DNA of 64,000 nucleotides from an uncultured Roseobacter sp. (GTDB lineage Bacteria; Pseudomonadota; Alphaproteobacteria; Rhodobacterales; Rhodobacteraceae): NCBI RefSeq assembly GCF_947491795.1, contig NZ_CANLKW010000007.1, positions 1,915 to 65,914 of the forward strand, read 5' to 3'. Shown piece by piece: positions 58,523 to 64,000 of this stretch (position 1 is its first letter; each line of letters starts with the position of its first letter). The notes under the pieces were generated by a model. It saw only the letters and a program-made list of their open reading frames with translations, ran no database searches and was not told where the DNA came from. The position numbers and the translations under genes were made by a program.

Positions 58523-61500
58523 TGGCCGCCCCTGCCCCCATAGCCTCTGCGCCGCCGGCCTCTCCGCGTGTGGATACGGTCGAGGCAGACTTCGAGGTGA
58601 CCGCCCCGCGCGGCCCGCTCTCCTCTCCCGAACAGCTGCTCGATGCTGTGCGACGCGAGATTCTGCCTGCCCTGTCGGATCTGCTGGAAAGCCCCTCCTG
58701 GCGCGACATCGACATTCAGGTGCCACAGATTGAAATCGACCTCGGCGACTGGCCCGATGATCCGGTCTGGTCAGAAGTCCGCTGGTTTCTCGCCCGCAGG
58801 TTGGAAACCGCACTGGCCCCCTGGGTCACACAGGCCCGGTTGCAGGACGCGGCGGCTGTGGGTGCAGGCACCGGTGATCCGCAGCGCGCTTTCGCCCGGG
58901 TCCCGCCCGGCCGGATGGCAGGGGGAACTGCGGCGGCCAATGATGCAGGGCCCGCAGCAACGCCGCAGGGCCAGACCGACACCGGTGTGGGAATCGGCGA
59001 GGAGGCAGCGGGCCGGACCATCCCCGGGTCTGGTGCCGGTCAGGCGTTGACCGACCCCGGACATCAGGCAGGCCAGCCTCCCCACATCACCACAGCGGCC
59101 CCGCTGTCCGACAACGAACAGGCGACCATCACCGGTTTTTCCCAGTGGCTGAACGCACAGTCACCGGGCACCGACAGCGAAACACTGAAACAGCATCTCG
59201 ACCGGCACCCGGATCAGGCCCGGGCTCTGCGGCGCTGGCTGTCCGGCGCAAAGGGCACAACCCAACCCGGTACACCCGGCCAAAACGCCACAAATCCGGG
59301 CCTTACAACAGACCCGGAGACACTGGCACGGCTGCGCGACATTCTGATGCCTGGCGATAACGGCTTCCCCGGAATCGCTCCGACCATGACGACCGACCGG
59401 GCCGGCGGGTCAGCAGCGCACGACGGCCAGTCCCTTGCCGACCGCATTGACCAGCTCAGCGACACAGGCATCACCGATCTTCCCGCCCTTTTACAGCGTC
59501 TCGCCGATGACCTGCAGCAGCCGCCGGGCCTCCCCGCTCTGCCTGCTTTTCTGCAGGCCATGATGGTGCGCGGCACCTCCGCACCGACGCTCACTGAGGG
59601 CGAAATCCAGCAGCCACCGGGTGACGATACATACGCATCCGTATTGCCAGCGGCACTGGCAGACAGTGAAAGCCGCATTGTTACCAGTCTGGTGCAAACC
59701 GGGTTAACCCGGGCGGAAGCGGGCCGCGTGGCCGCCCGGCTTCTGGCACGGCTTGCGGTGGCAACCCCTGCCCTGCTGCCTGCGACGGCGCGGGGTTCAG
59801 ACAGGCCGGATGCTGGCACGCACGAGGGACAGACCGGACCCGCTCCTGCCGCGCCCCCGCCTCCCCACCAGAAAGCTACGGACAGCCGTCAACAACCATC
59901 GCGCCGACTGACGCTCGCCCCCGGCACCAAAGACACGGAAACAGAAACGGACAGCCCCCAGGCAACGAATGCGGCGCAATCCGCCGACCGTCCTGCCCGC
60001 CAGGCACCCCGCGCCACAGAACAGATCCCGGCGCAGACTTCAGGCTACCAGCCAGACGCTGCATCGCGCAGCCCCCACCAGCCAGACCCGAAGCTGACTG
60101 GTTTTCCTGCGCTTTTTCTTTCCCCTGAGACCGACCGGATCGCCGCTCTGACACAGCCGGGCCTGAACCGCGATGACCTGCGCGCGGTGTTTGCCGCCGA
60201 CCCCGTCGCACTCCACGACACCCTGACCCGGATGACGACCGTGCAGCTGGTGCATCTGACCCACATCATGCTGCCCCCTGCTGCCGGTCTGCTGCGCGAC
60301 CGCATCAAACAGCTCGCCCGCCAGGCAAAAACCCCCGTTGCGGCGCTGACCGAAGCCCTGACCGCGTTGCTGTCCGATCAGCCGCTGGATTTCGAGATGC
60401 TGGCGCAGACAGAGCAGCCGACCGCTCCCCAGCCCACACCGGATGCGTCAGGTACAGGCCAGGCGGACGCTTCTGCGGTTTTCCAATCAGTCCGCGGTGC
60501 CAGACAACAAAGCGCGGGCCCTGCAGACAGGACGCCCCGCCCGGATCACGTCTCCAAGACATCCACCACCGGTCCTGCCGATGCATCGCAGGCGCAACCT
60601 TCCGCCCCCCGCCCGGAAACCGGCACCACCCCGCAAACAGATACCCCACAGCCTGCTGCGACGGACCCCACCCGGCACCACACGGTCGCAGAATCACCCG
60701 GTGATCCGCTGGCCGAACTGCTGCGCGCGACAGGGCTGACGGCAGCGGAAACCCGGCGCGTGCTGATGGCCGGGCATGGCGGCGACGCCGCGCTGGCAGA
60801 GGCGTCGGCGGCCACCACCGCCGGGGACGCCACGACCGCGCAGCCAGCCAGTGACACCTTAGCCCCCACTGATCCGGCGGAGCCATCAGACGCAGCCACC
60901 GCCCGGGACACGCGGGCAGATGATCCGCCATCCGGGCGGGCCCGCAGGGCGCAGGATGAATCCCCCCGCGCAACCGCGCCGCAAGGCGATGCACTGCATA
61001 CCGAAACACCCGGTCCGGACCCGTCGGGAGCCGTGTCGGAAACCGGGCAGCCCACCAAAGAAACCACACAGAATACAACCGCTGCGCCGCAACCGCCCCG
61101 GGCACAAGAACCCGCCGACCCGGCAGGTCAGACCGCAGCGGATGACACCGGCAAACACCCTGCGCGCGGGGCAGCCCCGGCGGCCCGGACCAGCGCCACA
61201 GACACCGCGCCGGACAAAGGCGACCCGTCGCGCACCACTGGCCCCTCCGACACTGCAGACACCCGCAACACGGCTCCTGAAACCGCAGACACAGGCGACA
61301 GCACCGCACAGCAGACGACGGCAACCCCACCGGAGGGGGATCGGGCCCGCGATGACGGGCAGCCCCCCGCCACCTCAACAGCACCTGCGTCAGCCCAGGC
61401 CGCGGACAGGCCGCAGAGCGATGACACAGGACGCCCGAGGTCTGACGCGGCCCTGCTGGCGCATCTGAAAGCCGTGGCCGAGGCCGCGCAGCCTGTTGCC

Positions 61501-62412
61501 GACAGCACGCTGACCGCAGCGCTCCACCTGATTGACAGGCTCTGGCCCGGGCGCGGGCCCGACGATCCGCCTCAGGCCGAATTCCCGCTGATGCGCAGCC
61601 TGCTGGCCAACACAACCCGGCCCGCCACGCCCGGTCAGTCCCTCGCCGCCCGGCTGGGTGACCTGCTGCCGGGACTGGAGCGGGATGAAAACCGCCGCAT
61701 CCTGGCGCTGCGCACCGTCTCTGCCCGCCTCGGGATGATGAGCGCACCGGATCTGACCGGCCTGCGCGCCCAGACCCGCAACGCCATCGAAAGCCTGCTG
61801 CGCGGTGACCCGTCCGGCCCCGACGCTACTGACACCACCCGCCCGGCAGCACCCGCGCCGCAACAGCCCCCCGCCCGGCCCGGCCCGCAGAGCGACAGCG
61901 AAACCCTGCTGGTGAGCGAAACGGCGGGGCTGGTGCTGCTGCACCCGTTCTACACGCTGCTCTTTGACCGGCTGGAGCTGCCGCGCCAGGGCAAAAAGCT
62001 TGATCCCGGCGCTCTGCCCGCCGCCCGCGGTATCCTGCAAAACCTCGCGGGCACCTCAGGCACAATCGCCCCCGATCCGCTGCACCAGGTGCTGCTGGGT
62101 GTCGACCCGGGCGCGCCGCTGCCCGAGCCTACCGCCCCTGATACCGCCGCGTGTGACCTGATGGACGGGCTGCTGCGATCGGTGATTGACCGCTGGGCCC
62201 GGCTGGGGGCGACCTCTCCGGACGGGCTGCGCGAAGCCTTTCTGCGCCGCACCGGCACCCTGCGCAGGGACGCCACAGGGGTGCATCTGCGCGTCACGCC
62301 CGGCCCCTTTGATATGCTGCTCGACAGCCTGCCCTGGAGCCCCGGTCCCGTGACCCTGCCCTGGATGCCGCTGCCCTGTCACGTGCACTGGCGGGAGGAT
62401 GAAGATGAATGA
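58522..62412 (+). CDS. afp14: eCIS tape measure protein Afp14
   Basis: N-terminal IEIDLG; C-terminal AGLVLLHPF..TSPDGLREAFLRRTG..DMLLDSLPW..LPWM; low-complexity middle. Confidence 0.9.
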   Translation: MAAPAPIASAPPASPRVDTVEADFEVTAPRGPLSSPEQLLDAVRREILPALSDLLESPSWRDIDIQVPQIEIDLGDWPDDPVWSEVRWFLARRLETALAPWVTQARLQDAAAVGAGTGDPQRAFARVPPGRMAGGTAAANDAGPAATPQGQTDTGVGIGEEAAGRTIPGSGAGQALTDPGHQAGQPPHITTAAPLSDNEQATITGFSQWLNAQSPGTDSETLKQHLDRHPDQARALRRWLSGAKGTTQPGTPGQNATNPGLTTDPETLARLRDILMPGDNGFPGIAPTMTTDRAGGSAAHDGQSLADRIDQLSDTGITDLPALLQRLADDLQQPPGLPALPAFLQAMMVRGTSAPTLTEGEIQQPPGDDTYASVLPAALADSESRIVTSLVQTGLTRAEAGRVAARLLARLAVATPALLPATARGSDRPDAGTHEGQTGPAPAAPPPPHQKATDSRQQPSRRLTLAPGTKDTETETDSPQATNAAQSADRPARQAPRATEQIPAQTSGYQPDAASRSPHQPDPKLTGFPALFLSPETDRIAALTQPGLNRDDLRAVFAADPVALHDTLTRMTTVQLVHLTHIMLPPAAGLLRDRIKQLARQAKTPVAALTEALTALLSDQPLDFEMLAQTEQPTAPQPTPDASGTGQADASAVFQSVRGARQQSAGPADRTPRPDHVSKTSTTGPADASQAQPSAPRPETGTTPQTDTPQPAATDPTRHHTVAESPGDPLAELLRATGLTAAETRRVLMAGHGGDAALAEASAATTAGDATTAQPASDTLAPTDPAEPSDAATARDTRADDPPSGRARRAQDESPRATAPQGDALHTETPGPDPSGAVSETGQPTKETTQNTTAAPQPPRAQEPADPAGQTAADDTGKHPARGAAPAARTSATDTAPDKGDPSRTTGPSDTADTRNTAPETADTGDSTAQQTTATPPEGDRARDDGQPPATSTAPASAQAADRPQSDDTGRPRSDAALLAHLKAVAEAAQPVADSTLTAALHLIDRLWPGRGPDDPPQAEFPLMRSLLANTTRPATPGQSLAARLGDLLPGLERDENRRILALRTVSARLGMMSAPDLTGLRAQTRNAIESLLRGDPSGPDATDTTRPAAPAPQQPPARPGPQSDSETLLVSETAGLVLLHPFYTLLFDRLELPRQGKKLDPGALPAARGILQNLAGTSGTIAPDPLHQVLLGVDPGAPLPEPTAPDTAACDLMDGLLRSVIDRWARLGATSPDGLREAFLRRTGTLRRDATGVHLRVTPGPFDMLLDSLPWSPGPVTLPWMPLPCHVHWREDEDE

Positions 62413-63748
62413 TGCCACCGCCGCCAGCGCCGTGACCCGGGCCAATGCCGACGCCATCTCGCGCGAGATCAGCTGGCTGGAAAAAGTGATCGAAGCCCGG
62501 CTGGGGCACTTTTTCGACGGCACCACCACGCCCTTTGCTGTGCCCCCCGCGCCCACGCAGGAGCGGGGCACGGTCCTTGGTGATCTGATCGCGCGCACCG
62601 GCATGAACACCTCTGCGCGCATGGTGCTGGCCCTGGCTGTGGCCCCGCACGTCAATTCTGCCGTGCTCGACCCCTTTTATGTGAAAAACTCCGCCATCGA
62701 CCGCGCCTTTTCGCAGTTCGGCGGCCACCCGGATGCCGGGGCCGCCTTTATCCCTTCGGTGGAAACCGCGCTCTTTCTTATTGCAGGCACAGATACCGCC
62801 GCACGCATCGGCGCGATGCAGCTTTTTGACCCCGACCACCCCCTGCGGCTGAGCGCGGGCGTGACACTGACCCAGACACCGCCCTCACAGGTCAGCCGCC
62901 TCGACATCCCTGTCCACCGGGTCGTGGCGCTCTGCGACGGCAAACCGCCCCGGCCCGATTTCTCGCCGAATTTCCCGGCCCGGCGGCTGACCACAAAACT
63001 GAGATGGGATGACCTCATCCTGCCCGCAGGCGTGCGCGACCAGCTGCAGCACATTCTGTCCTGGCTGGAAAACCGCGACCAGATCCTGGATGACTGGGGC
63101 ATGGAACGGGTGTTCGGGCGCGGCTACAAGGCGCTGTTTTATGGCCCGCCCGGCACGGGCAAGACGCTCACCGCCACCCTGCTGGGCCAGCGCACCGGGC
63201 TCGATGTCTACCGGGTCGATCTGTCGATGGTTGTTTCCAAATACATCGGCGAGACCGAGAAAAACCTCGGTCTGATCTTTGACATGGCCGCCGAACGCGA
63301 CTGGATCCTCTTTTTCGACGAGGCCGACGCACTGTTCGGCACCCGCACCGCAACGGCCAGTTCCAACGACCGCCACGCCAACCAGGAAGTCTCCTACCTG
63401 CTGCAGCGCATCGAGGAATGTCAGAGCCTGGTGATCCTGGCCAGCAACCTGCGCAGCAACATCGATGATGCGTTTTTCCGCCGGTTCCAGAGTGCAGTGG
63501 GCTTTGCCCGCCCGACCGTGCCGGAACGGCTGCAACTATGGCAGAACACCCTGTCGACGGTGCCGGTGGCCGAAGACGTCAGCCTGCGCAGGCTGGCGCG
63601 CGATCACGATCTGTCGGGGGCCGCGATTGCAAACATTGTGCGACATGCCGCCGTCAGCGCCCTGCGGCGCGAGGGTGAAACGGTCGCCACCGAAGATATC
63701 AAATCCGCCATCACGGCGGAAATGCGAAAAGAAGGACGTACATCATGA
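62399..63748 (+). CDS. afp15: eCIS AAA+ ATPase Afp15
   Basis: WDDLILP, LFYGPPGTGKT, VVSKYIGETEKNL, FFDEADALFG, ANQEVSYLLQRIE. Confidence 0.95.
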   Translation: MKMNDATAASAVTRANADAISREISWLEKVIEARLGHFFDGTTTPFAVPPAPTQERGTVLGDLIARTGMNTSARMVLALAVAPHVNSAVLDPFYVKNSAIDRAFSQFGGHPDAGAAFIPSVETALFLIAGTDTAARIGAMQLFDPDHPLRLSAGVTLTQTPPSQVSRLDIPVHRVVALCDGKPPRPDFSPNFPARRLTTKLRWDDLILPAGVRDQLQHILSWLENRDQILDDWGMERVFGRGYKALFYGPPGTGKTLTATLLGQRTGLDVYRVDLSMVVSKYIGETEKNLGLIFDMAAERDWILFFDEADALFGTRTATASSNDRHANQEVSYLLQRIEECQSLVILASNLRSNIDDAFFRRFQSAVGFARPTVPERLQLWQNTLSTVPVAEDVSLRRLARDHDLSGAAIANIVRHAAVSALRREGETVATEDIKSAITAEMRKEGRTS

Positions 63749-64000
63749 CCTGCCTGAGCCGTCTCCTGTCTGCTGTATTTCTATATTTTTCAATGGCTTC
63801 TCTGGTTTTCGCGGCCTGCAGCGATCTGGAAAGCATCACCGAAGAACAGCTCATTCCCGCCAGCATCGGCGAGGTGCAGCTGGGTCTGCGTACGGCCTAT
63901 CTGGACAGTGACCAGCGCCTCCAGGACGGACGGCTGGGGGCCTATACCCGCCGAAAGCTCGAGGATCTGTGCAACGACGTGCCCCGTCCTGCCGGGCTCG
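63745..64000 (+). CDS. Exported protein, 5' part only (possible peptidoglycan-binding-like motif)
   Basis: MTCLSRLLSAVFLYFSMASLVFAAC..VQLGL..DGRLGAYTRRKL; ATGA overlap with afp15; runs off window. Confidence 0.6.
   Translation, partial: MTCLSRLLSAVFLYFSMASLVFAACSDLESITEEQLIPASIGEVQLGLRTAYLDSDQRLQDGRLGAYTRRKLEDLCNDVPRPAGL

Noticed and set aside
42533..63748. Type VI secretion system or prophage interpretation of VgrG/PAAR/gp25/sheath/tube genes
   Set aside because: No TssJLM, TssK, ClpV or Hcp and no capsid, portal, terminase or integrase in the window; DUF4255, Afp14, Afp15 and DUF4157 diagnose an eCIS
1..64000. rRNA, tRNA, replication (repABC), relaxase and holin/endolysin genes
   Set aside because: None recognised in the window; the plasmid assignment therefore remains an inference from the T4SS and IS content

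Overview
The window looks like part of a conjugative plasmid or ICE from a Rhodobacteraceae/Roseobacter-group bacterium; the taxonomy is inferred from protein and IS types. It has four blocks. (1) 1-1066: the 3' end of virD4. (2) About 1.1-16.7 kb: an AT-richer, IS-riddled cargo region with a divergent GafA-like (DUF6456) GTA-activator homolog head-to-head with an orphan luxI, a receiver protein, a PrtD/PrtE type I secretion pair and small hypothetical genes, several preceded by CtrA-like boxes. (3) About 16.7-33.6 kb: a Roseobacter-type virB T4SS cluster, then a divergent response regulator/HWE bacteriophytochrome pair with a perfect CtrA box between them. (4) From about 33.7 kb, after a cluster of GGTAACCC.TGGGTTACC palindromes: a GC-rich extracellular contractile injection system (eCIS, Afp/PVC/MAC type) with an essentially complete structural operon. 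This block also holds a sheath with inserted adhesin-like domains, a GluR0-like/ABC/methyltransferase operon, and a divergent cargo operon. That operon encodes a putative toxin with a four-helix-bundle membrane localization domain, a CesT/YbjN-like protein and a DUF4157 protein. All domain calls come from recognising motifs by eye; no searches were run.
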